Shown in pieces: positions 52,902 through 64,000 of a DNA stretch of 64,000 nt. Position 1 is the stretch's first letter; every line of letters starts with the position of its first letter. A program made the translations under genes and the position numbers. Origin of the DNA: Botryllus schlosseri (Eukaryota); assembly GCA_051294905.1 (NCBI GenBank), contig CM119378.1, positions 6,386,001 through 6,450,000 on the forward strand. Reading direction: 5' to 3'. The notes under the pieces were generated by a model. That model did not search any database and had not been told where the DNA came from. It saw nothing but the letters and a program-made list of their open reading frames with translations.

Positions 52902-53504
52902 GGAGATATATTTCAATAACGGATGTAGAAACAAGTAGGGATATGTGACAAAAGCACGGGTAGCATATCAATACCAGGATAGCGTACTTAAGCAAGCACG
53001 TATCATCGCAAAAACTTTACATCATTAGAAGTATATGGACGCAATGGCCATTACTACTCCTAGAAATATAATAAGCGCCAGCAAGTATTCGCTGGCGAAT
53101 CTCGTATACTTGTTCGTCGAATGACGTAATGCTACATCATTGTATAGGCTCCGCTGTCTAACCCACAACACACAATAGACCATTATCAGCGTGGCTGTGA
53201 AGGCATCCATGATTAAATAAAGAAGTAAACCCACACTGCGAGTAGGAGTGCGGTAATGTGCGCAGGCAACTCTAGCTAAATCTAATGACACTTCCACAAG
53301 CTGTACTGAAAAAGTTGCGAGCAACAGTTGTGATAAGTCCATCCCTGCTTTTTTGTTGTTTCCATCGCCTCTCGTGCCTCGGCGCGTTTTGCAGTAGTGC
53401 GAAAGTTGAGTCATGAAGAGATATATTGCGGCCGCCACTACCAGTATTTGAGCGCCAAATCCGTTCAATGCATCCATCTCTGCGAAATTTCCCACTAAAG
53501 ACAA
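52902..53504 (-). pseudogene. Multipass membrane / atypical GPCR-like gene, disrupted
   Basis: Four hydrophobic segments, with LWVRQRSLY after the third. The same frame continues through TAA TGA ... TGA into a fifth helix-like LFLHPLLKY, then a fold-back MITE cuts it at ~52901. No similarity to the A-D 7TM. The family assignment comes from recall of ascidian WxRQR-type receptors and was not searched. Confidence 0.6.
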
Positions 53505-56500
53505 TCAACAGCGATTCATGCTACCTCGTATATACCCCTCATGTTACAGCGAACCCCTCTATGGCGGGATGTGCAAGGACTAATGACGGGTAATGATTTT
53601 ACATACTCGAAGCATTGTGTTAACCATCATTTGCAGTTCTTCAACTCACCGAAATCCCAAAGCGAAAAATCGTCACTTGTTCTGTGCTGGCTGTAGATGC
53701 GAATGAGATTCATACGAAGATACGGTATAGTACAAATATCTCTCAACGATGGCAACTACGTCAAAATGCAATGAAATATAGCCCTCGAACTTCATTCCAT
53801 TTATATTAAGTTATACCACTTAGATAACATATAGAAGATTACACCCTTGATGTGAGTGATGTTTCGTTTCCCAAACCCGGTGATCAGAAAATATTCAGAG
53901 TAAACACGCAAATTATAGCCCGTTACAGACCACATGTTATTATTCGTTTAGGCTGCCTCCCATTCATTTACTTTAGATGTGTTGGATTATGAGCTAGGAG
54001 CACGATGTTATGTTACAATTCCAACCCTGATGATCCTGGTTTCGTTTCTCTAATCGAGACAAACTGCCTTGTATTCCATCGATGTGACCCTTCGTTCAAC
54101 TTGCAGCGTGGCCACGACCAGCGTACATTGTTCATGGTCGAAAATGTTCCGCCTTTATTTAGTTATGACACTAATGAGCCTAAATTTCACTTTGATCTAT
54201 AATTGCGGCTTGAGGCAAGGCATGAGACTGACGAAAAGGCACTTTCCTACGAAACATATCATGCGTGTCACGTGAGTCACCCTAACCGCATTGCAGGTTT
54301 GTAGCATTGCACGTTGTAAACTCAAATTAGATTATACCTGCTTCGAGTGGTAAGAAGAGATCGCAAAATCTAATCGTCTTCTTATAAATCATCCCCATTC
54401 GACTTGGATCAGGAATTTCGAAGTATTTGGTGAGAGAACGAGTTTTAAGGGGTACTACAAATGGCAATACGTCATCATGTAACTATGAAAAAAGATAATC
54501 CTTTGATAATGATGTCGTAAGTGGGACTGTCACTGCCTTGTCCGGTCATCATCCATCTTATTTTAGGCATGGAGATAGCCTAAATCGAGTCCGGCTCGGA
54601 GTGATGACTTTCCATTCATTGGCTTCGCAAATTTTGAGGGCACGGACAACCACCCACAAAACTGAGAGGGGTCCTTCATAAAAAAAACGCTGAAGATACC
54701 CTGGATTCCAGCGATGTACAGCATCTTCATACCTTCCCATCAAAGTAGGGTTACCATATTTTGGAATCGGGAAAGGAGGACACATTTTCAAAATTTTCAA
54801 ACTTAGAATACCGGAAGAAACCCTGATAAAATGGTAGATTTTTCCCACTTGATGGTCGGTTGACTGAAAAAACGTAAACTTTCCAGCTGAACTACCGCAA
54901 TACACTTTTTCTTTCACATAGTCCGCTGGTTGACTAAAAAATAGGTCAACTTTCCGGCTCAACTCCAGAAATATAGTTTTTCTTTCACACTTCACGTTGG
55001 TTGACTAAACAAAATTCTTATTTAGCGTCATTTGAGCCCATTTTCACTCGAATCTATCCACTATCTTAGCTCTAAAAGGTGTAAAGGAAGACGAATTTCC
55101 AAAAAGGAGTACATTTAGGCGTCCTCGGAGGACATTTTCAAAAATCGGAAAAAGGAGGACAAATCCTCCCAAAGGAGGACGTATGGTAACCCTACATCAA
55201 TGGATGTAAAATACTGAATTAAGTCATTAAAGTCCATATTACCAACATCCAAGGGTGCAAAACAAGTAACAACATATTCAAGCATCGATGACTGAAGCCC
55301 CGTCTTCTTTTACTTGGACCATAGTGAACAATTTCGTAAGTACCGGCATAGCAAACTAGAAAACCACTTCTTAGCATCTTCCAGTTTATAGTTATACATA
55401 TTCATTATAGTTCTTGAACGCAAGTCACAAGACGGCTTCACGCACTAATCTACTCATGTCTGAATGCTACATCGATTGAGTTTTGAATGAGAATGAGTTA
55501 TTGCGCATCGTTCAGATTTTACGCTCAACTTCTTGAACTCACTGCCTCATTGCTGATGATGACTTTTGCTTTGGTCATCCGCCACCGCAATGCTACTCCT
55601 AATTTGCATAGCCCTAATTTTATTGCATGTCGACGGCAACCCTTTCTACGTCATTTTTTTCGCGGCATTCCTAAGCGGTCCAATCCGTACGTCGGTTGAC
55701 AACCGCTGGTGTTGCAAAATGTTTCAAGCTGAGCTGGCGGTAATGTTGAATAGAGGAAGTAATGACAGACTAGAATTCCCACTTACAGAGAACATTTATA
55801 TTAAAAATGTACATTGTACGCAGCCCGCATTTCAGTGCCAAAGTCGAGTCATATGTGATATCAGAATTGAGCATCGGTTCTGCATGACTGATGAAACTCG
55901 CTGGGCAAAACAAAATCATTTCATTAGATATGACACGAATAAGCCATAATGAAATCTAACTTGACCACCACATTTGCGATCTAAGTAAAGCTTGATCTGA
56001 ACGCGGCACGCGACGCATTTCACAAAATGCGAAAAGTCTTGTAACTTCAAATCATCACGTGCGGAAGTTCAAGGTATCTTTTAGCCTGTAATAAGCTTTT
56101 GAGTGACGTAAAAGCGAGAGACGACTCAAAATTTCCACATTATATACTGATTTTCGTAGCCAATAATAGAACAGCGAATGAGAGAGAATTCATCTTGTAA
56201 TCGGATAAATAAAATATATACATAGTCCAGGATATCGGCAGAACCGCTATCGCGGTTACCGAGGCTGGATGCCCATTTCGCATCATTCATCACAAAGTAC
56301 AAAATGAAGAGCGCAATTCTAAAAAAAATAGAATTAAACAAATGAAGGGCACCATATATATTTAACAGTGCTTCACTATCATACTATGAATAGTTCACTA
56401 ATAAGTTATAGCAACTTAGATTATTTCACATAATGCACAGCATGTGTACATTGTACAATCTATACTGGTTGTTGATTCTACAGAATGCAAGGATTGAATA

Positions 56501-59500
56501 GTATATTCATATTGAAATGAACTCGAATATTTTCTGCTGACACTCGTCAGGGGTAATCGTCAGCAACTAGTAGAGAATTGGAAAGAACATTGTATATCAA
56601 CAATCGTATCACAAAATGAATGCAAGGAGCAGGTCAACCATGAGATGCATTACTGTAGCAAATAAATAGAAAATATATTGCAGTCTTTGGATACACTAAT
56701 AATAAACAAACAATGATTTATTCAAGATTATAGGAGGGTGTGTATACGAAATGAAAACGAATACATTATAAATATATATATATATTAGAGCAGTTATAAG
56801 ATTACAGTGCAAAACAATTTTAAAATAATATAAAATAATATGTATGTAACAGTATCTTGCATATATATAGTAGATTTTGAACATTAACAGCATAGGCAAT
56901 GTAAGATTAGAACCATGATCATTTAGGAACACAAATAGACAAAAGTATTATATTTTTAAAGTCACTATAGTACAAAATTGTCCAACCTTATTCAGTGCAA
57001 AAAAAATCAGAGCGATGACTCACTTATTTCCTGACAGTGTACCTAAATAATTTCAAAGAATTCTCCCTAACCCCATTTCTAAGACTTTTCGTCAGCACTT
57101 AAATTATGAAATCATGCATGTCTTGTCTGGACAATATTGTATACTTCACCATACTTTTCCTAACTAGTTACTATATTCACAACTCTACAGTGTCCAGTCA
57201 GCAAAACCCATGCGACGTACGTCACGGTCAACAACAAACCAAAAAAATATCTTCAAGTTCCATACGCATGCGAGGTCGGGTTATTTATTAGATCTGTACA
57301 CTTTGCACATTGTACACCGTACAGTCACGGAACTCCTTAAGGAGCAAAACTCTTTCGGCAACTTGATAACAAAGATGGGAATTACGCTTAAAATAAATTC
57401 GACTTCCCTTACCTGGTAAGCCCGTGACGCTCCCGCGAGTATGTTTACCTGCGGACTGCTCTTCGGAGTATTTGATCAACACGAAGTATGAAAAAGAGAG
57501 GATAACAATGTTGTGGGGACGGTTTTAGGATGTTCAGCGGAAGTGTGGTCCGATATATAATGAGTACGACTAATGCGTTATCACATTGTCAGAAGAAGAA
57601 GAACAGCAATTCATATGGAATTATTTGAAAATGAATTAAATATTCCACGATAAAAACGCACTCACTCACCCTTACGGCATATTAGGGTTGATTATTCATT
57701 TCGGACCAAAGCATCTAACAGTACTTATGCCACATCAGCGCACTCAAAAAGTTTTCGTAGAATCGCCAATGGTTCGACACCTCGCGTCTCGTTTTACGGG
57801 GAATCAGAATGGATTATAAAGTCAGAGTTCAAGTATGCCGTTGTAGTTTGATTCTAACGTCAAAATCCTAAATATCCGCACAGCTAGCAGCAACATAACA
57901 ACAATTGACCGAGTTGTGGTAACAATTATCATGACGACAGATACATTTTTGCTATCGCATGAGACCATTTCAGCACAATAGGTCATTCGTTTTTGTCTCA
58001 CTATAATGCACCGCGATCGCATACAGACTTAATCGTGATATGCGATAAACGACCGGCTATACATTCGAAAGTATCATACCACCAATGCGAGGATAAACCA
58101 CAACGGCGCGAACGCGTGAGTCAATTAATAGCGCAGCGACAATTTTCTCGGTACACGCTCGATGTCGGAAAATATATCAATGTGTTTTGGCAACGTTACT
58201 ATCCTCTAATGATGACGAAAATATCCACAAAAAGGGAACGGTAAACCACCAAATCGACTGAGAAAACACCATTCCGCGCCTCGCGCCTGCATAATGGATG
58301 GCGATGATGTATAAATTGAGGTCAAGTGCTTGTTAGATGCAACTTGTGATTGACAGGATTTAAGATATGTAGTGATTCTGTTGAAATTCCGATTTGGAAA
58401 GTCAAGAACGCATTAGTTTATGAACTCGGTTACTTTTGCGTGATGTTATTTACGCTTCGTTAGAGCCAGCGTATTACAGTCGAACTTGAATCATCCTTAA
58501 AGAAGAGGTATACAGTTTGTTTACTTTCCAGTCATATAATCGAAAGCAGGTAGTTTTCGTGAGATAAGCGTGAGACCAATAAGGAAATACAAAATATGCA
58601 CTCTGATTGCATCGACTTGATCCATAATAATATCATTCCCCTTTAGTGTGTTATTTTACCGCCTGTGGTAGTAAATGTGTGCAGTCTATAAATGTGTGAA
58701 GCAGTCTATTTGATATGTGTATTTTCATCATTTCGTCACAACTCATGATTTTGAGAATGAGTAAGTCTTGCATACTGCAAAACCGTTCTGGACTTGAGAA
58801 CATGTCATTCTGTGAATATACCTAATATTATACATAAACTTCTAGCACAATTGCGGGCGTTGAGCTATACTGTATTGGTGCAGGTGCTATAATACGCGTT
58901 AAACTAACGACGAATAAATAGATACTGAAGTGGTTGTGTGGCCTCCTCAACTATACCTTGTTAAATGTAAAATAACTACAGAAGTAGCATTGATATTATC
59001 CAGACAATATATTATATCACGTTCTGCCGAGAGATGTATAATTTGACTCTGTTTCGGTGATTAATGATCGGCAAGGTAACTTATCTTGTGGTTAAGGAAT
59101 GTTACGCCGAATCAGCGCCTCGGGTATCGTATTTAAATACTAGTCGACGACACATGCCGCCTTAATTGAAAATACAATTAAAGTCACGTTGAAATCTTGA
59201 AGGATGGGATTGAATGAATTTTAGGTATTAACTAAAGAAGATGGTCGTACAGTCGAATTTATAATAGCGTCAGAGCAACGTTTAGCATGGATGTGTAGTT
59301 TGTATACTTGTATAATGTGACGTGGTATAATTGTACCCTAGACTAAATCTCGGTTTTACAGGTATACTGTAGAATATTATTATTTTCGCACTACGTGTGG
59401 CTTAAGCATACACTTAGCGTTATATGACATTGTAACCTCCGAGGCTCCGATATAGTGAGTTATTTTGGTTACATTGACGTAGAAATACTATTAGACTATA

Positions 59501-60477
59501 GAATGTTCGCTAGTTATAAATCAATAATAAATCAGCACCATATCCATATAGGATTACTGAAGTTGATTGTAATAACTTTGTGAAATTGAATTGAAATTGG
59601 AAATTCACGTCTGATTTGAAGAACCGTGTTGCAATCCTAAAGTCTGAAAGTCACGTTGGTATCGACACTTCATTCGCCTCGTTGTTCCTCGTGGAGCTGA
59701 TGTCTGTAATGCCTGATGTTGCAAGCATAGTATTGCGCGACTGAGTAAACAAGGTAATTAAACCAAAGTGGTCAATTTTGCAGTCCGGAAGAGGATGGGT
59801 AATAATGTCTAAGACGTTGGAAATCGCTTTGGAAACAAGCTAATATGGGTCAGTTATATACTTTCCGGGGATCTCAATATAGCCTGTATTGCATTTATAA
59901 ACATTCCTTCATCAGCCCGGTTGAGGTGTGCTTCTTTGATTCTGAAAGATGCAATGAGAAGTGCTCGATTCAAAGAATTCGAACACGACATAAAACGAAA
60001 AAACGTTGCATATACAAAATCGATTCGAAAATTATGTGGTTTGCTTTTTGATTGATCAAGTCGGATGTCATATATCACTCGCAACGACTACTTATATTAT
60101 TACAGTGATATTTTCCATCATTAGATAAGCAGCGGTCGTTCGATTGTTGACACAAATGAAATGCGGTGTCAGGCTGGTTATAACTGATAAGTAAGTATAG
60201 CTTCTGTAGCAGTGCGATTGTTAAGACGGTGATAATCTACATTTATCTATTGAAAATAGGGACTATCTCGGTATTAGCTGGAGATTAATATCCAGTCCAT
60301 TATTTATTCATATGAGATATAGCTGTTATATGATACAATCGTTTCGCAGCGGAGGAAATCTCATGCTGATGCGGTGAGCTCTGAAAGACGGCTGTAGAGA
60401 ATGCATAATAACCTGGTTGGTAGTGAATTCCTTTACTTTCCAATCACTGAGTCTGCAACCTTTCCAGGGACCGTCCC

Positions 60478-60638
60478 CGAGCGAGATAGTGTAATGGTGA
60501 TGCATCCGGCTTCTTGACCGGTAGGGCGTGGGTTCAATCGGGTCATACCGAAGACTCTAAAACTGGTATCCGCGGCTATCCCGCTTGGCGCTCGGCATTC
60601 AGGGATAGCATGGAGGAGAAAAATCATGGAGCAGAACT
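60478..60638 (+). mobile_element. tRNA-derived SINE, family 2, running into the gap
   Basis: GCGAGATAGTGTAATGG (A box) ... GGGTTCAATC (B box) ... GGTCATACCGAAGACTCTAAAACTGGTATC...CCGCTTGGCGCTCGGCATT; homologous to 40108-40260. Confidence 0.65.
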
Positions 60639-60792
60639 NNNNNNNNNNNNNNNNNNNNNNNNNNNNNNNNNNNNNNNNNNNNNNNNNNNNNNNNNNNNNN
60701 NNNNNNNNNNNNNNNNNNNNNNNNNNNNNNNNNNNNNNNNNNNNNNNNNNNNNNNNNNNNNNNNNNNNNNNNNNNNNNNNNNNNNNNNNNNN
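60639..60792. other. Assembly gap (154 N)
   Basis: Run of N bases. Confidence 1.
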
Positions 60793-62549
60793 AGTCAATC
60801 GATATCGACATGATCTTGCCGTGCATTAAGTTGAAGTGTCTGTGATTATACTGAACCGGTCAGGCGATGAAGAAAATCAACATATTTCGTATTCATGATG
60901 AGGAATAATGAGGGGTATATTTTACGGTGGGAAAATCTCCGATTATGATACAACAATTAACAGTACGGTTACGTGCGACTATCGTAGTAATGGAGACATG
61001 TTTTGATGTTGAGTGAATACAACGTCTCTGGGAATATAATATCCACAGCGGATATCGTGTATTGGCAAATTTAATTACGTACGCAATGCGTTTATTTTCT
61101 TTGGAATACGGGAATCGTGACGAAAATGTGACTTGAATAGTTTATCGCGCGATGTTAATCAATACATAAACATGCATCCATGGCCATTGGCCATGATGCA
61201 TCCCGTAGTAGGCATAGTTCGAATGTGATCGTTGAAAAGCATTTCCAAATAGCCCTAATGACGGTCATTTTCGCAACGTGGCTCTTCAATAGTAATTTCC
61301 ATAGTTACCATAATATATTAGCGTTATCATCCAACGTATAATCGCCTGAATAATGAATCCATTCAATGCTCTAATATTCAGCGAAGCTGCGTCGCGTAAT
61401 CATTCTGTATACTGCCGCTAATGTAAATGTCGGTGAAAATTTATGACAGTTATTACAACTAAACTAAATACTTTTATTTTCGAGAAGTAATCGTGTGTAT
61501 CATGTTATTCTGATAGGCGATGGTCGGATTTAAGTTTAGTAGCAAAATGTTAAAATATGATGTATCAAATAACACATAACGTAATCTATATAAAGTTCAA
61601 AGAATGTGTTTATATCAAAGAATATGTTATAGTCATACAGAATCACCCTGGTAACATTCAGTACCTATCGTTATATAATATATTACATATAAATTAAAGC
61701 AGCAGCTTGTAGGATTCTATGAATCTCCTTATTTGTCGCTACCGAAATAGGTACAGTTATATAAGATATATATGGGTCATCGGATTTCAGGGAGTGGAGA
61801 TAATAGTTAGAATTATAAATTCGGGGCTATTTTGAAAATAGACAATACTGTGGTCAACGGGGATATGCAGTTTTGGTTTGAGAAACGCCATTTATTTTGG
61901 GAAATTGAAAACGAGAGAATCTCTATATATGTGTACCGCATCTCTGGCCGCAGTAACATCATTTCGAAGATGTAAGGCAGCTGAGCTGATGATATTTCGT
62001 TACTGCCGAAAGATTCATACGTTAGATGTGATGAGAATATAGATTGAGTTGGGATATCACGAATATCCAAATCCTGGAAGTGAAGTATATCGATTTTTGG
62101 TAGTATGACAAACTTGAGAGGTTATTGAAAATACATGTCGCGTGTATAGTATCTATGACACATGTGGATTGTGAAATAAGGATATAGAACTCATGAAGTT
62201 TCAATGAATCGTATACCCCTTGTAGTTAAAGTAAAGATAACGACGGGCTCATGGCAGGATTAATTACTGTGCCATGGATTCCACTGTAGCGAAGAGTCTT
62301 CGACCTTGTCCTGGCCTGTACTTTGGCTGTGGGGTTTTCGTTTTTTACATATGTATAATGGAATTGTTAGCAGCAATGCATTGAAGGGCGACGTCATATC
62401 GCACGATACATTTCGTATATTCCGTTAAGGCTAATGTTTTGAATCTTGTCCATTGTATTAAATATTACAATTGCAACAAAAAATACTTTGCATTTCAGTT
62501 GAAAACGGACATCACTTTATCTATATAGTTGTTCCAAGTCGTCTTAGCA

Positions 62550-63283
62550 ATGCTACTAAGCGCAAGTAAGGCGTGCCTTCTCGTTGGTCTCATACTGTCA
62601 GCTAGCACAGTAACCGGACAAAACGCCGTAACAAATCAATCGGTAAAGTCGACCACCACCATTCCTACTTCTCATCCGAGATTCGCAAGACTCACGGTAC
62701 GAGGAGAGTGCGGAATATCAGCAAAGCTCTTCAACGCCCTGAAAGATGTAAGCTGCCCGTACGAAGGATCGGGGAAATCTCTGTTGAAGAGTCGCAAACA
62801 AGAGTTACGGTGTTGTGCGCTAGTCACTGCAAACTTTGAAATCGAATGGAGCCACGGGGGATCCTATTTGCAGACTTATTTAGAGAAACTCAAGTTGTGG
62901 CGTTGCTTCGAACTTGATCATGTCTGCCGGACGGAGGTGTATTCGCGGTTCTCACAGTACTCCAATCTTTCGGTTATGTATTACTGCGACAATGCAAAGT
63001 TTCGAGAGATTTGCGCCCTCGAACTTTCGTCTGCCCGTGGACTTCCAGTCGGTACCGACTGGGAAAAAGCGCTGGACGGGTTTGTTCCATCTCGCTACGG
63101 CCCTGATACCTTGGCGAAACCTTGCATTCAAGTTGCGTCCTACCATTCTGACTCGGGTGGATTGGGATACTACCACGAAGTTGTTCAGGCGCATACGCCT
63201 TTCTGCGACATTTCGTGGTGCGGCTTTGACACTGCGTCGATTGATAAATTTGCACTATCAAGTTGGAACTGCCTCTCTTCATC
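62550..63283 (+). CDS. GPCR copy D, exon 1: signal peptide plus cysteine-rich ectodomain (7TM exon predicted beyond the window)
   Basis: ATG at 62550, signal peptide MLLSASKACLLVGLILSASTVTG. Shares CC-x29-C-x6-C, WSHGGSYL, PCIQVA, GGLGYYHE and PFC..SWCGF with A/B/C. Phase-2 donor TC|GTAAGT at 63284. Confidence 0.8.
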
Positions 63284-64000
63284 GTAAGTACATTCGTATT
63301 CAAGGCCCGTTGTTTGTATTTTGAGCATGCCAGTCTGAGAGGTAGGCTTTTCTATGCTGTATTTGATGAGACTAATTTTCCGCATGGAAAACCGAAGCTG
63401 CTCGTGCTGCGACATGCCAATGACGCTGCAGAAAACAGCGTGCATTTGACAGAAGAAAAATGGAACTGCGATCGTTTTGAAGCTAGATTTAGATTTGGAC
63501 TTAAGAATGTGTAATAATTCGGGCAAGCAAATAGTTACATTTAATTTTCACAAAAGTCACACAGAAAAGTTGCATTTATGTGCAAGTTCCTTGAAATTAT
63601 TAGGGTATGAGATACTCGGATCGTTGCGTATCCAAGGCACTGTAGCAAAACTCAATGTTGACGACTTCAACAAAGTCAATAGCCTGAAAAAATTGATCCA
63701 GTCAAAATATAATTTTCGGCGGTCTAGCCTGGATGTACGTCAAATCAGAAAGGACCTCAAATTCAACGACAGTGAAATAATCAAGCGATCTATTTACATA
63801 TAGTGCCAGGTATTAGTTGGTTGCATAAAAAATCGAAAACAGTTGGAAAACGTTGCATGAAAAATTGAAAAGAGTTGCAAAAAGTTGCATGAAAAATCGA
63901 AAAACTTGCCCTAGTAAAAATGTAATTCCCATGCGACTTTTGTCCTTAGCGAATATTGACTTGGATTTGGATATCCTATACGAATGAAGTCTTGATTCAA

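Noticed and set aside
57780-58320. Minus-strand stretches such as LYIIAIHY and LYAIAVHY
   Set aside because: Short, interrupted in all frames, and no coherent domain.
27860-60638. tRNA-like A/B boxes at ~28100, ~40250 and ~60490 as true tRNA genes
   Set aside because: No complete cloverleaf, and they continue into shared repeat bodies; these are SINE heads.
60433-60829. ORFs spanning the N run
   Set aside because: Artefacts of the assembly gap.

Overview
AT-rich, intron-containing, transposon-dense animal DNA, most likely an ascidian (tunicate); that taxon is inferred from composition and repeat/receptor style, not proven. The main content is a tandem, same-strand cluster of four paralogous two-exon genes. 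Exon 1 encodes a signal peptide plus an unrecognised ~210-aa cysteine-rich ectodomain. It joins through a conserved phase-2 intron to a single exon encoding a class A (rhodopsin-like) 7TM. Copy A (17314-19782, 625 aa) and copy B (29400-32252, 617 aa) are intact. Copy C (46447-47108) is a recent duplicate of B with a CGA>TGA stop, and its whole 7TM exon has been deleted next to a one-ended hAT insertion. Copy D (62550-63283) shows only the ectodomain exon; its 7TM exon is predicted beyond the window end. The 7TM has unusual features: no TM3-ECL2 disulfide, no NPxxY proline, and a ~45-50-aa ECL1 carrying a conserved PMPGRDG motif. A pseudogene of a second, unrelated multipass/GPCR-like family (LWVRQRSLY motif) lies on the minus strand at 52902-53504. 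The rest is mostly non-autonomous hAT elements with 8-bp TSDs (often nested 2-4 deep), fold-back MITEs, two tRNA-derived SINE families, three hAT transposase remnants and a 154-N assembly gap. No rRNA, true tRNA or CRISPR array was seen.
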